DNA of 64,000 nucleotides from Bacteroidia bacterium (GCA_025454975.1 JALONK010000003.1:74522-138521), one strand, 5' to 3'; counted from the stretch's first letter, positions 29,685 through 40,210 are shown. Notes: generated by a model not told the origin, from the sequence alone. Program-made: numbers and translations.

Positions 29685-30424
29685 TTAAAGTAATAATAAT
29701 TGATGACGAGCCTTTGGCAAGGGGCATAGTAAAAGAATACCTGTCGGCATTTAATGAAGTTGAAGTGGTATTAGAGTGTAATGATGGATTTGAAGGTGTT
29801 AAGGCAATACAACAGCATAACCCTGATATTATCTTTTTAGATGTACAAATGCCCAAAATAAATGGTTTTGAAATGTTGGAATTAATTGATAAGCCACCTG
29901 CTGTAATTTTCACCACCGCATTTGACGAGTATGCAATGAAAGCTTTTGATAATAATGCGGTAGATTATTTATTAAAACCATTTAGTAAAGAAAGGTTTGA
30001 CAAGGCATTTGAAAAGTGGATGAATGCAAGATTAACCTTAAAAGATGAGAACCAAACTGAAGATTTTATTCAAAATCGAACACGAAACCAAGACGAGAAT
30101 AGCAGAATTGTGGTTAAAACACATCATGCCATTAGAATCATTCCGGTGCATGATATTATATACTTGGAAGCGTATGACGACTATGTAAAAATTCATACAA
30201 ATGATGGTATGTTTTTAAAGAAAAGAACCATGGCTAGTTTTGAGCAAGGTTTAAATCAGGATGAATTTATCAGGGTGCACAGGTCTTATATGATTAAAAT
30301 AGATCAACTCACAAGGATTGAGCATCCGGATAAGGATTCGCATGTTGCATTGCTAAAAACAGGAGCAAAAATACCTTTGAGTAAAACAGGCTATCAAAAG
30401 TTAAAAACGGTATTGGGTATGTAA
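29681..30424 (+). CDS. LytTR-family response regulator (REC + LytTR DNA-binding domain)
   Basis: A REC domain is present (IIDDEPLARGI…DIIFLDVQMPKINGFE) and a C-terminal LytTR fold (…IRVHRSYMIKIDQL…). The gene overlaps the kinase stop by 4 nt. Confidence 0.85.
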   Translation: MIKVIIIDDEPLARGIVKEYLSAFNEVEVVLECNDGFEGVKAIQQHNPDIIFLDVQMPKINGFEMLELIDKPPAVIFTTAFDEYAMKAFDNNAVDYLLKPFSKERFDKAFEKWMNARLTLKDENQTEDFIQNRTRNQDENSRIVVKTHHAIRIIPVHDIIYLEAYDDYVKIHTNDGMFLKKRTMASFEQGLNQDEFIRVHRSYMIKIDQLTRIEHPDKDSHVALLKTGAKIPLSKTGYQKLKTVLGM

Positions 30425-30433
30425 TAAAAATAA

Positions 30434-31414
30434 TTACGCCAACTGATAATAAAATGCTAATATCAATAACGAAAAAAACAGCATTTCCTTTATCCAAAAA
30501 CGCTTATCGCTAATAAAAAAGTAAGCTATTACAATACTTAATGGAATGCTCAGGTATGTAATGGCATAACTATAATGATTATTTTCAAGGAATAATCCCA
30601 GTATACCAAAAAAAATCATCAGGTACAAACTTTGGATAATCCTTCGGGTTTTTACTTTGTTTCGAAAAAAGTTTTGTTGAAGGTTAAAAATTGAAAACAC
30701 TGTTATGGGTGTTAAAATTATCCAAGGAAGTAAACGCACATAGTTGGTTTCAATTACTTTTAATTCTTTGTTCTCAAAACTTTGTTTTACCAACAAGATT
30801 AATTCATCAAATCGTCCAAAAGTATAAAAATATACTGCAGTAAAATAAAGTGGTAACATGATACCTAAAATTGATACTATTAAATATCTTAGATTAAATG
30901 ATGTGAAAATAACCACACTAATTAAAATGAATGGAAGAAATATAATTAAGTCGTAGTTAAACAGAATTCCCATACCCAGTAACAATCCGGTATCTAGAAC
31001 AACCAGCAAGGGATTTGCCGATTCGTATAAATAGCACAACCGTTGAAGTAAAAACAACAAAAATGTATTTGAAATTAGTTGAGGAGTAAGTTCATTTTGT
31101 TGGATAAAAAAACTATTAATCAACACAAAAAACAAGGCCGGTAATTGGGTTGATTTGTATAAAATACCTTGGGCGTTTACAATATAATTTACAAACACAC
31201 CTTGCAATAAAACAAGCAAAGCGGCCAACAAAACACCCCAGAAATAGTGATTAGGTAAATTGGCAATAAAGTTAAAAGCTATACGAGCCATGGGGGCATT
31301 TTGTATATATTCATATCTTGGCACATGCAATAAAGCGGGCAGTTTTAATAATACAGCCATCAATACAAGCATGATGCTTCCGGGCAAAGAATTATGTCGA
31401 AATAAATTAAGCAA
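30434..31414 (-). CDS. Hypothetical polytopic membrane protein (~9 TM)
   Basis: Hydrophobicity pattern only. The gene is convergent with the LytTR regulator gene. Confidence 0.5.
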   Translation of the reverse strand: MLNLFRHNSLPGSIMLVLMAVLLKLPALLHVPRYEYIQNAPMARIAFNFIANLPNHYFWGVLLAALLVLLQGVFVNYIVNAQGILYKSTQLPALFFVLINSFFIQQNELTPQLISNTFLLFLLQRLCYLYESANPLLVVLDTGLLLGMGILFNYDLIIFLPFILISVVIFTSFNLRYLIVSILGIMLPLYFTAVYFYTFGRFDELILLVKQSFENKELKVIETNYVRLLPWIILTPITVFSIFNLQQNFFRNKVKTRRIIQSLYLMIFFGILGLFLENNHYSYAITYLSIPLSIVIAYFFISDKRFWIKEMLFFSLLILAFYYQLA

Positions 31415-31464
31415 TACTTATAATTTGGTGCAAAATAGATGTTTTCTGATTCATTTTACTTCAC

Positions 31465-32928
31465 TTAAAAAGTTAATCGCATTAAACAAAAGCGCTTATC
31501 TTTTAAGGTGGTTATTACCGCTGAGTTAAAAGAAACTTGTCGCGATTCAAATGGCATAATAGATACGTAATAGCTCATTCCTTTAATTAAAACTTTCGAA
31601 TCGAGAATGCCTTTGTTATTAATAGTAACCATCATCACATCATCATCTTCTTGAACATTTTGATTATAAACGATACCAATATTTCCATTAGTTAACAGCA
31701 ATAAAAAGGAAGAATAATAACCGCCATCACTCACACTAGTTTGATTTTTTTTAATAAAATGTTTAAACCTTGCGCTTCCGTCATTATTGGTAGTTACAAC
31801 AATTATTTCGTCATAATTATAAATGGTTCTATAATTTGTTTGAGGAAATCCTCCGGAATTAAAAGTGTATGCTTGTCGTGTTTCATAATATTTTTCTGCC
31901 ACTATGGTAACACCACCTTCATTATTCGGTACTAATTTGCGTACGTATAAATTTGATAATGACGGCAAGCTTCCACTCATTGAAGTGCTTGCTTTACTTA
32001 TAAAACTTATATCAAACTTTTCATACTTTACTGCTTCGATTTCACCTGTTTTTATGTCAACTTTATAAAAAAAATAACCTGCACATTGCTCATCATTTTT
32101 TTCGGAGTAGAAACCGGCAATATTTACCTTCAACGAAAAATTGTTTACCACTAATGCTACTTCATTCACATAAACCGAGTCTTTGCCAATATCATATTCA
32201 AGCATATTATCGGTAGCAATTTGGTAGTTATAAAATAGAAATTGTTTAACACCACGATCCTTCCCTTTTACATTTTCGCGCGGCATGCTTACAACTCCAT
32301 AGAAATTGCCGTATGCATCACATTCTGCATTCACTAAATTCAGGTCATTTACAAAACCTTTAACCGGAAATCTGCGAGAAACTTTTAACTGAAATTGCGC
32401 ATTAAAAACATACAGATTTAAAATACTTTTCCCTTTTTCATTCGATTCTGTGAGATACGCTATAATGAAGTTTCTTTTATCAACTGAATTTCTTATGGTT
32501 ATTTTCCTATCAGAAGAAAGAGTACTTACATCGTAATTAAATAATACGATTGGTATGGATTGATTTAGGGCATTATCATAACTAACTAATTGCAACTCAT
32601 GCTTTCCTATTGTCTGATTTTTAACCGACAAAAATTGTTGTGCACCTGATTCAGTTATTATTATACGTTCAGTTCGCGCAAACGATGGTTCATAAACATC
32701 TTTAGCAGTTTCAATTGTTAAATTGGATTTATACTTTTCTAAAACAATTTCCGAACGGAAGTCGGATGTACGGGCACGTGCCAAAAAAATTCCGGAAGCA
32801 TTTTCACCAAGTACTTGCGCATAACTAAGTTTTCCTTTACTTTTTTGTTGATTACCCCATTCAACAGTTTGTGCTATTGCAGGAGCAAACATTAACAAAC
32901 AACCAATTATTCGAAGGATATACATCAT
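31465..32928 (-). CDS. Hypothetical secreted protein (487 aa, signal peptide)
   Basis: A signal peptide is present (MMYILRIIGCLLMFAPAIAQ). The protein is beta-rich and I recognise no family. Confidence 0.5.
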   Translation of the reverse strand: MMYILRIIGCLLMFAPAIAQTVEWGNQQKSKGKLSYAQVLGENASGIFLARARTSDFRSEIVLEKYKSNLTIETAKDVYEPSFARTERIIITESGAQQFLSVKNQTIGKHELQLVSYDNALNQSIPIVLFNYDVSTLSSDRKITIRNSVDKRNFIIAYLTESNEKGKSILNLYVFNAQFQLKVSRRFPVKGFVNDLNLVNAECDAYGNFYGVVSMPRENVKGKDRGVKQFLFYNYQIATDNMLEYDIGKDSVYVNEVALVVNNFSLKVNIAGFYSEKNDEQCAGYFFYKVDIKTGEIEAVKYEKFDISFISKASTSMSGSLPSLSNLYVRKLVPNNEGGVTIVAEKYYETRQAYTFNSGGFPQTNYRTIYNYDEIIVVTTNNDGSARFKHFIKKNQTSVSDGGYYSSFLLLLTNGNIGIVYNQNVQEDDDVMMVTINNKGILDSKVLIKGMSYYVSIMPFESRQVSFNSAVITTLKDKRFCLMRLTF

Positions 32929-32950
32929 ACTGAAGCAAGATACAACTTAA

Positions 32951-34243
32951 CTATTGTTTTAACCACACCTCAGGGTTTTGTTTGGTTTGAACTTTCCAAA
33001 TTTCAAAGTGCACTTCTGTTTCATTTTCATCAGAAGTCATCACTGTTCCAATTTGCTCGCGGGTGCTTACTTCCTGACCTTCCTTCACATTTACGCTAGC
33101 CAATTTTGCATAAGCAGTATAATATTTACCATGATTAATAAGTACAATTTTACCCATTCCCGGTATTGAAAAAATAGAACGCACTACACCTTTAAACACA
33201 GTTCTCACAGGAGCACCGGGCTGGGCTTGAATATCAATTCCATTATTATTAACCACTACTCCTTTTAATGTTGGATGCGATTGCATTCCAAACTTTTGAG
33301 CAATTACACCTCTTTCAACAGGCCAAGGTAATTTACCGATATTGTTTTCAAAATCATCAGACAGTTTTTGAGCTTCGGGAGTTAAATATAATTCACCTGG
33401 TGTTGTTTTTTTATCTGTTGGTGTTGCTCTAGGTGCAGCCGGATTATTATTTGATTTCGATTTACGTCTCTCGTCTTCTTTGCGTCGTGCCTCAGCAATT
33501 TCTTTTCTAATTAAATCGGCAATTGCATCATTTAGTTTTCGGGCGGCACGTTCGTTTTCTGCTAAAGCCCTTTTTAATTCTTTCTCCTTATCCTGTAGCT
33601 TAATCAATACTGCACTTTCCTCTTTTTTATCTTCTTCCAACTCAACCTTTTCAGCCTCTTTTAAAACAATAAGACCTTGTTTTTCTTGTTTATGCGCAAT
33701 CAGCTCATTTAAAATTCCTGTAATTTGTTTTTGAGTATGAAGAATTAAATCTGCCTGATGTTTTCTGTAATCGCCAAGTTGATTGAGGTATTGAATACGT
33801 TTGATAGCTTGATTAAAACTGCTTGCAGAAAAAATAAATAATACTTTATCATATACATTCCTTTGCTTGTATGCCCCCAAAATACTTTTACCATAATCAA
33901 GCTTTAGTCGGGTCATATCGTCGCGCAAGGTGGTTATTACCTGCTGCTGGTCGGTAATTTGTTTTTCAAGAATAGCAATTTCATCACCAACAGTATTTAT
34001 CACCTTCTCTCTGTTTTCAATTTGTTTGCTGATAACCTTTAAATCAGACAAGGTTTTCTCCTGCTTATTTTTAGTTTCTTGTAATACTTTTTTAGTATCT
34101 TGAATTTTTTTTAGTAATTCTTTTCGTTGCTGTTCAAGCACCTTCCGCTGAGACGCAATATTGGCATTTTGTTGCGCGCTGGCCACTACCACTATCAGTA
34201 GCACTAAAACAACCAACCATTTATTGAGTATTAATTTTTTCAT
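32951..34243 (-). CDS. Murein hydrolase activator / M23 peptidase-family protein (EnvC-like: coiled coil + C-terminal LytM domain)
   Basis: A signal peptide is followed by about 250 aa of coiled coil (QQRKELLKKIQDTKKVLQETKNKQEK…). The C-terminus carries an M23 fold (GIDIQAQPGAPVRTVFKGVV…KIVLINHGKYYTAYAKL…). Confidence 0.8.
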   Translation of the reverse strand: MKKLILNKWLVVLVLLIVVVASAQQNANIASQRKVLEQQRKELLKKIQDTKKVLQETKNKQEKTLSDLKVISKQIENREKVINTVGDEIAILEKQITDQQQVITTLRDDMTRLKLDYGKSILGAYKQRNVYDKVLFIFSASSFNQAIKRIQYLNQLGDYRKHQADLILHTQKQITGILNELIAHKQEKQGLIVLKEAEKVELEEDKKEESAVLIKLQDKEKELKRALAENERAARKLNDAIADLIRKEIAEARRKEDERRKSKSNNNPAAPRATPTDKKTTPGELYLTPEAQKLSDDFENNIGKLPWPVERGVIAQKFGMQSHPTLKGVVVNNNGIDIQAQPGAPVRTVFKGVVRSIFSIPGMGKIVLINHGKYYTAYAKLASVNVKEGQEVSTREQIGTVMTSDENETEVHFEIWKVQTKQNPEVWLKQ

Positions 34244-35015
34244 ATCCTGATGGAATATTAAAAAGAGGTTCTCTTTTTTTATCTAATACGAAATTCTGTA
34301 GAATAATTGTACTTGTTAAATTTTTTTCTGCCTTTATGTTGATATTTAACTCAGATGGCAAGAAAAATTCATTCACTTTAGTGTAAGCATCATACTTAAC
34401 ATCCATTTTTCTTTGTGTATTACTAAACTCCAAGACCTGTTGTAATAGCTTATATTCATTGGAATAGAAAGCTGTTTGTTTAGAAACATCAGATCGGGTA
34501 TAAATCACAAATCCACCTGAGGTTGAATCGGCTACACTTTTTTGTACACTTTGTTGAAGCATGGCAATTCCATACAATAAAGATTGAAACTGTTTAAAGC
34601 TTAGTGGTGCTTGCAACAAACTGCTTACTTTAGAAAAGTCGGTTGCCAAATATTCCTTTTGAATTCGATTAATAAGCTTAATACTATCAGGAGTAATTAA
34701 AATCCTAACCGCTTCAATACCTAATACCGCCGTTACACTTGCCCAAATATATTTATCCTTCTCAACCATAATAGTGATATCGGCCTGCTGGCTTTTCTGA
34801 GATTCAGAAAAGGTAAAAGTTCCCTTTGCTTGAAAAAAATCAGGGATTAATGATTGTGTGGCTATTTTACTTAAATGAGTTTGAATAGCTACATTTTCAA
34901 CAAAGGTTACCGTATCTTTTACAGAATTATTTTGAACTGTTGGTTTGATTGATTTACAGCTCGCAAAAACCGATACTCCTACTAATACTGCAAAAATTAT
35001 CTTAAGTAAGCGCAT
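34221..35015 (-). CDS. Hypothetical lipoprotein (probably DUF4292/LolA-like family commonly found between TPR and M23 genes in Bacteroidetes)
   Basis: A lipoprotein signal is present (…VFASCKS). Its 3' end overlaps the start of the downstream M23 gene by 23 nt. Confidence 0.5.
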   Translation of the reverse strand: MRLLKIIFAVLVGVSVFASCKSIKPTVQNNSVKDTVTFVENVAIQTHLSKIATQSLIPDFFQAKGTFTFSESQKSQQADITIMVEKDKYIWASVTAVLGIEAVRILITPDSIKLINRIQKEYLATDFSKVSSLLQAPLSFKQFQSLLYGIAMLQQSVQKSVADSTSGGFVIYTRSDVSKQTAFYSNEYKLLQQVLEFSNTQRKMDVKYDAYTKVNEFFLPSELNINIKAEKNLTSTIILQNFVLDKKREPLFNIPSGYEKINTQ

Positions 35016-35021
35016 ACCTTA

Positions 35022-36734
35022 TTATTTTTTAAGTTTAGTTGCAAGTGATTCGGAAGACGGATTTATAGATAATGCTCGTTGCCATGCTTCTCGTGCTTCT
35101 TTAATCTTACCGGCTTTTTGAAATGCATCACCCAAATGTTCATGAACTTCGGCACTAGATGCATCACGTTCTATTGCTTTTTGAAAATAAGTAATTGCCA
35201 TCTCATACTCCTGTTTAAGGAATAAAATATATCCGTAGGTATCTAAAAAAGAAGGATTCTCCGGTTCCAATTTTAGGCTTCTCTTGCTCATTTCTGCGGC
35301 TTCATCCAACTTTTCCTTTCTTAAACTTAAATAATAAGCGAAGTTATTCAACGCCGTTGCATGTTCGGGCTGAATGGTTAGTATAGCTTTAAAAGAGCTA
35401 TCAGATAAATCATGACGATTGAGTGCATGAGCCGCATCTGCTATCATCAATAAAAACTGAATGCGCACTTCGTCTTGCCCTTCAGCAGCAATTAAGCCCG
35501 ACTCTGCTGCACGAATACATTTATCATACTCTTTTAATTGATTAGCAGCAAAGGTATAATACACATAAAAAAGGATTTCAGCAGGAAACAACGCCATTGC
35601 TTCATCACAATCTGCCAGCATTTGCGATAGGTTCTTTGTTTCATTATTACACATTACCATCTGTCGCCAGGCTGTGTAATTATCAGGCTCAATTAGTGTA
35701 ACTTTTTTAAATGATGGGTATGCCTCATTAAAATTACCAAGTTGCATTTTTATATCGCCATCCAGCATCCAAGCCATAGCTTCGTTGGGATGCACAAGTG
35801 TTAGCGCAGAGGTTAATTGTTGTAATTGTTCGTTTTTTTGCTCTCCAACTTGCTGCATAGAAAAAAACTCAACAATAACTTTAAGTTTAGGCTTCACATC
35901 AAAGTTTGCACTTCTAACCGCGCGTAAGGTATATTCAAACCAGTTCTTATAATCTTTTTTATTGCGGAAATCATCAGCAAGCGACAATAATGCATAACCA
36001 TTATCAGGTTCAATGCTTAATATTTTCCTATATATTTCATCAGCCTTTTCTTCCTTTCCCATTTGCAAATGAATATCAGCCAGCATGCCAAGGTATTGCA
36101 TATTGTTTGGGAAAGCTGCCACTAACTTCTCCGTTTCTTTTAATCCTTTTTCGGGCTTATTCAATGCAAAATAAATGCTTTGTTTTTGTTTGGTGATATC
36201 GGGGTGAATACCAAATTTTTTTTCAGCTTCATCCAATATTTGTATAGCTCTTTTAAAGTTTTTTGCAGAAATTAACAGGTAAGTTGTACTAAAATAATCA
36301 TCTAAAACGGCAGGATGATTTCTTATTTTTTTGAGTGCAACCTCACCAGCTTTATTCCATTGTTTCAGTTGAGCGTAAATATCAATCAGTTGTTTTGCAT
36401 ACCACTCATTAAGTGGATTAAATTGATACGCTTTAAGAGTAACAAATTCGGCGTCAGTAAACATATTTTTAGCCATAAATAATTTACCGGCCAAATAATA
36501 TGCAGCATCATTATAAGGATTAATTTGGAGTGCTCTTTTTATTTCTGTTAAACCATCATCATATTGATTGATGGTATAAAACTTTGAAGCATTGATAAAA
36601 TGTTCATCAAACCTGATTTGTTGCTCTTCCGTCAATACAGGTTTTTTTTGTGCGTAAATAGAACCTGCTAACAATAGAATAACCATAGTTAGCAGGCACT
36701 TTAGGGCATTTTTATAATATTGTTGTGTAATCAC
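35022..36734 (-). CDS. Tetratricopeptide-repeat protein (secreted/periplasmic)
   Basis: Multiple TPR-like 34-aa units occur (AYYLAGKLFMAKNMFTDAEF…, ALNNFAYYLSLRK…, AEVHEHLGDAFQKAGKIKEAREAWQRAL). An N-terminal signal/TM segment is also present. Confidence 0.7.
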   Translation of the reverse strand: MITQQYYKNALKCLLTMVILLLAGSIYAQKKPVLTEEQQIRFDEHFINASKFYTINQYDDGLTEIKRALQINPYNDAAYYLAGKLFMAKNMFTDAEFVTLKAYQFNPLNEWYAKQLIDIYAQLKQWNKAGEVALKKIRNHPAVLDDYFSTTYLLISAKNFKRAIQILDEAEKKFGIHPDITKQKQSIYFALNKPEKGLKETEKLVAAFPNNMQYLGMLADIHLQMGKEEKADEIYRKILSIEPDNGYALLSLADDFRNKKDYKNWFEYTLRAVRSANFDVKPKLKVIVEFFSMQQVGEQKNEQLQQLTSALTLVHPNEAMAWMLDGDIKMQLGNFNEAYPSFKKVTLIEPDNYTAWRQMVMCNNETKNLSQMLADCDEAMALFPAEILFYVYYTFAANQLKEYDKCIRAAESGLIAAEGQDEVRIQFLLMIADAAHALNRHDLSDSSFKAILTIQPEHATALNNFAYYLSLRKEKLDEAAEMSKRSLKLEPENPSFLDTYGYILFLKQEYEMAITYFQKAIERDASSAEVHEHLGDAFQKAGKIKEAREAWQRALSINPSSESLATKLKK

Positions 36735-37722
36735 CTATGCTTAAATCTTTAGACTCACCGGTATAATTAACGTAACTACCGATCATTGCATGATGCACAA
36801 TTGCATTTTTTATTTGGGTATGATGTTGAATTATACTCTGACCAACTACACTTTTTTCTATGGCACAATTATCACCGATACTGGCATGCGGACCAACTAC
36901 AGCGTTTTTAAGCACCACATTATTACCAATAAAACTAGGTTCAATAATTACTGAATTTTCAATGGTAATATTAGAACCACGCATGGTTACGCCTGCTTCA
37001 TGCATGTGAGTTAAAACCCGAGAATTGGTATATACAGTTGAGTTTTTGTTTCCGCAATCCAACCACTCTTCAACTTTACCCGGCTCAAATTGTAATCCTT
37101 TCCCCTTCATGTTTTCAAGGGCATTGGTTAGTTGGTATTCACCTTTTTCTTTAATGTCATTATCCAAAAGATATTGTAACTCATTTCTAAGGTTTTCACC
37201 ATCTTTAAAATAATATATACCGATTATTGCCAAATCACTAACAAAAGTGGTTGGTTTTTCTATAAAATCGGTAATAATCCCTTGATCATTCAGCTTTACC
37301 ACACCAAACTGACTTGGATCGTCAATTTGTTGAACCCAAATGATACCATCTTTTGACCTATCTAATTTAAATCCTGCTTTAAACAAAGTATCAGCAAATA
37401 CTACTAAAACATTGCCTTTAAGGGCTTCTTTAGCACACATTATTGCATGTGCAGTTCCTAAGGCCTCATGTTGGTAGTGAATGGTGCCTTTAGCTTTAAG
37501 TTTTGCAGCAACATCAATGAGTTGTTGTTCTACTTGTTTGCCAAATGAAGGGTGTATGATAAATGCAATTTCTTCTATTCCTTCACCACAAACTTCTTCT
37601 AAGTCTTCAATAATTTTCTGTACAATTGGCTTTCCGGCTACCGGAATTAAAGGCTTTGGTACAGTTAATGTGTGTGGGCGCATACGTTTGCCCAAACCTG
37701 CCATGGGTACTATTATATTCAT
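36712..37722 (-). CDS. Sugar-phosphate nucleotidyltransferase with C-terminal left-handed beta-helix (hexapeptide) domain
   Basis: An NTP-transferase G-loop (IIVPMAGLGKRMRP…PKPLIPVAG) is at the N-terminus. A C-terminal hexapeptide-repeat region follows (…NSVIIEPSFIGNNVVLKNAVVGPHASIGDNCAIEKSVVG…). Confidence 0.75.
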   Translation of the reverse strand: MNIIVPMAGLGKRMRPHTLTVPKPLIPVAGKPIVQKIIEDLEEVCGEGIEEIAFIIHPSFGKQVEQQLIDVAAKLKAKGTIHYQHEALGTAHAIMCAKEALKGNVLVVFADTLFKAGFKLDRSKDGIIWVQQIDDPSQFGVVKLNDQGIITDFIEKPTTFVSDLAIIGIYYFKDGENLRNELQYLLDNDIKEKGEYQLTNALENMKGKGLQFEPGKVEEWLDCGNKNSTVYTNSRVLTHMHEAGVTMRGSNITIENSVIIEPSFIGNNVVLKNAVVGPHASIGDNCAIEKSVVGQSIIQHHTQIKNAIVHHAMIGSYVNYTGESKDLSIGDYTTIL

Positions 37723-37767
37723 TTTTTCTTTTTAATATCACCTTATTTAAAGGTGCTTTATGCTTTA

Positions 37768-38199
37768 TTATTTTCCTGTGCTTCCATATCCGCCGGCTCC
37801 ACGTTCAGAAGCCGACAATTCGTTTGTTAAATGCCATTGTACGGTTTCATGTGCCGACACAATCAACTGAGCGATACGGTCGCCTTGCCTTACAATAAAT
37901 GGTTCATTCCCATGATTAATCAATAACACTTTAATTTCACCTCTATAATCGGCATCAATTGTTCCGGGAGAATTTAATACAGTAATGCCATACTTAAGTG
38001 CTAATCCACTTCTTGGCCTAACTTGTGCTTCGTAACCTACAGGCAATTCTATAAAAAGTCCGGTTGGTATTAACTCACGCATACCCGGGTTAATAATAAC
38101 TTCGTCTTGTAGATTCGCTTTTAAATCCATTCCCGCTGCATGAGCTGTTTCATAAGCAGGTAATGAATTTGCTGATGTATTAATGATGTTTATAACCAT
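37768..38199 (-). CDS. dut: dUTP diphosphatase
   Basis: The dUTPase motifs are present ([37 protein letters not shown]). Confidence 0.95.
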   Translation of the reverse strand: MVINIINTSANSLPAYETAHAAGMDLKANLQDEVIINPGMRELIPTGLFIELPVGYEAQVRPRSGLALKYGITVLNSPGTIDADYRGEIKVLLINHGNEPFIVRQGDRIAQLIVSAHETVQWHLTNELSASERGAGGYGSTGK

Positions 38200-38270
38200 T
38201 CTGATTTAACCTTGCGAAAATACGTATTTTGTTCAATTATCCTGTGTACTTTGGAATTTAACAGGAAATT

Positions 38271-38312
38271 CACAAACGAAAACAGGTTATTGCTTTTTAC
38301 AACAATAACCTG
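38271..38312 (-). terminator. Rho-independent terminator downstream of the acyl-CoA ligase gene (10-bp stem CAGGTTATTG/CAATAACCTG followed by a T-rich tract on the - strand)
   Basis: A perfect inverted repeat at 38283..38312 lies next to the stop codon. On the transcribed strand it is followed by GTTTTCGTTTGT. Confidence 0.55.
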
Positions 38313-38332
38313 CACAAGATATTAATTGGTTG

Positions 38333-40210
38333 CTATATTACCGTAAGCGAATACATCTCCTCAATTTGAGGTGCATATTTTTGTTCTATTACTTTTCGTT
38401 TGGCTTTTTGGGTAGGTGTAAGTTCACCTTCCTCCAAACTAAAAGGTTTTCTTTTTACTATGAAGTGTTTCACACGTTCAAATTTTCCTAATTCTTTTTC
38501 ATACAACTTCATGTCTTCTTCAATCCAACGTACTACTTGCTCATCGGTTATAAACACTTCCTGCTGTTCGAAGTATTGTTCATTAAATCCAAAAACCTCT
38601 TTCATTTCTTCTTTCGACGGAACAACAATAGCAGTAAGGTATTCTTGCTTATCACCAATTAAAAAAATTTGTTCAATTTTAGAAGACTTCAAATAAGTGT
38701 TTTCAATAGGTGTCGGATATACATTTTTACCAAATGAGTTAACAATTATATTTTTTATCCTATCAGTAATCTTTAAGTAGCCTTTATGAAATTTACCAAC
38801 ATCTCCGGTGTGTAACCATCCATCTTTATCTATTGCTTCGGCAGTAGCTTCAGGCATTTTCCAATAACCTTTCATTACATTTTCGCCTCTTACTAATATC
38901 TCACCCTCTGCACTTTCAAAAGTTGGGTTAAATGTTTGGTACGATTGAACAGTATAAATTTCTTTAGTTTCGGGGTTTTGGATAGCTACTTCACAAACAT
39001 TTCCTATTCGCCCTACGGTTCCGAAAATCTGACGTTCGGCTTCATTAACGCAAACCAATGGTGATGTTTCGGTTAGTCCATAACCTTCACAAACGCGAAC
39101 ACCCATATTAGCGAAAAACTCACCTACATGTTTAGGCATGGCTCCACCTCCCGAAATCATAATCTTCATATTTCCTCCTAAACGGGCCTTTATTTTTGAA
39201 AACACAAGTTTTTCGGCAATAGCCAGTTTTATTGACAACATCAATCCCGGAGATTTACCGGCTTCTTTTAACAACCTGCGTTGCTCCCCTTGAACAAACG
39301 ACCAATTAAAAATCTTCAGGCTAAATCCCCCCTTTTGGGTAACATTTTTTCTTACCTTTTCCTCAATTCTTTCCAACAACCTGGGTACCGTAAGAATAGC
39401 GGTAGGTTTCATTTCTATAATATTCCCGCTTAACGCTTCCAAGCTTTGGGCAAATGCTACTTCTGCGCCTACAATGGTACTTAAATAATAGGTGGCTGTT
39501 CGTTCATACACATGACACATTGGTAAAAAAGATAAAAACCTATAATCCTTATTAACAATGGGCATAAGCTGAATGGCCATGTCAACATTAGTAATAAAGT
39601 TATTGTGTGTAAGCATGGCACCTTTAGGCTTACCTGTTGTACCGGATGTATATAACAAGCAAGACAAGTCTTGACGTGAAACACTCTCTAATCGCTTTTC
39701 GATAGCTTCTTTATGTTTTTCATATAAAGCTTCCCCAAGCTCAATCATTTTTGCATAAGAAATTGTGCCTTCAGTTTGTTTAGATTGATCAAATGCAGTG
39801 ATTAACAACTTGAGTTCACTGCAATTACTCATTATTTTCGACACTTTCCTCCATAAAAAAGGAGTACCAATTAAAATTGCTTTCGACTCGGAGTTATTGA
39901 TAATATACTCAATTTCAGCTTCAGATAAAGTTGGATAAATAGAAACATTTACTAAGCCTAATTGCATAAGTGCTTGGTCGAAACAAATATATTCGGGACA
40001 GTTTTCAATGATTAGGGCTACTTTATCTTGTTTATCGTAACCTAATTCCATAAAATAAGCTGAAATAGCATTAACCTGTCTCAACACTTCACGATAAGTA
40101 ATTTCTTCCCAGTTCTCCTTGCGCTTTTCTATAAGATAAACCGCATCCAAGCCTTTGATTTTGTTGGCTGAATGACGGAAATAATAATGCAAAGAATTAA
40201 ATGACGTCAT
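38333..40210 (-). CDS. Long-chain-fatty-acid--CoA ligase (AMP-binding enzyme family)
   Basis: The AMP-binding motif (LLYTSGTTGKPKGAMLTH) is present, with an ANL-superfamily C-terminal domain. The protein is 625 aa. Confidence 0.85.
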   Translation of the reverse strand: MTSFNSLHYYFRHSANKIKGLDAVYLIEKRKENWEEITYREVLRQVNAISAYFMELGYDKQDKVALIIENCPEYICFDQALMQLGLVNVSIYPTLSEAEIEYIINNSESKAILIGTPFLWRKVSKIMSNCSELKLLITAFDQSKQTEGTISYAKMIELGEALYEKHKEAIEKRLESVSRQDLSCLLYTSGTTGKPKGAMLTHNNFITNVDMAIQLMPIVNKDYRFLSFLPMCHVYERTATYYLSTIVGAEVAFAQSLEALSGNIIEMKPTAILTVPRLLERIEEKVRKNVTQKGGFSLKIFNWSFVQGEQRRLLKEAGKSPGLMLSIKLAIAEKLVFSKIKARLGGNMKIMISGGGAMPKHVGEFFANMGVRVCEGYGLTETSPLVCVNEAERQIFGTVGRIGNVCEVAIQNPETKEIYTVQSYQTFNPTFESAEGEILVRGENVMKGYWKMPEATAEAIDKDGWLHTGDVGKFHKGYLKITDRIKNIIVNSFGKNVYPTPIENTYLKSSKIEQIFLIGDKQEYLTAIVVPSKEEMKEVFGFNEQYFEQQEVFITDEQVVRWIEEDMKLYEKELGKFERVKHFIVKRKPFSLEEGELTPTQKAKRKVIEQKYAPQIEEMYSLTVI

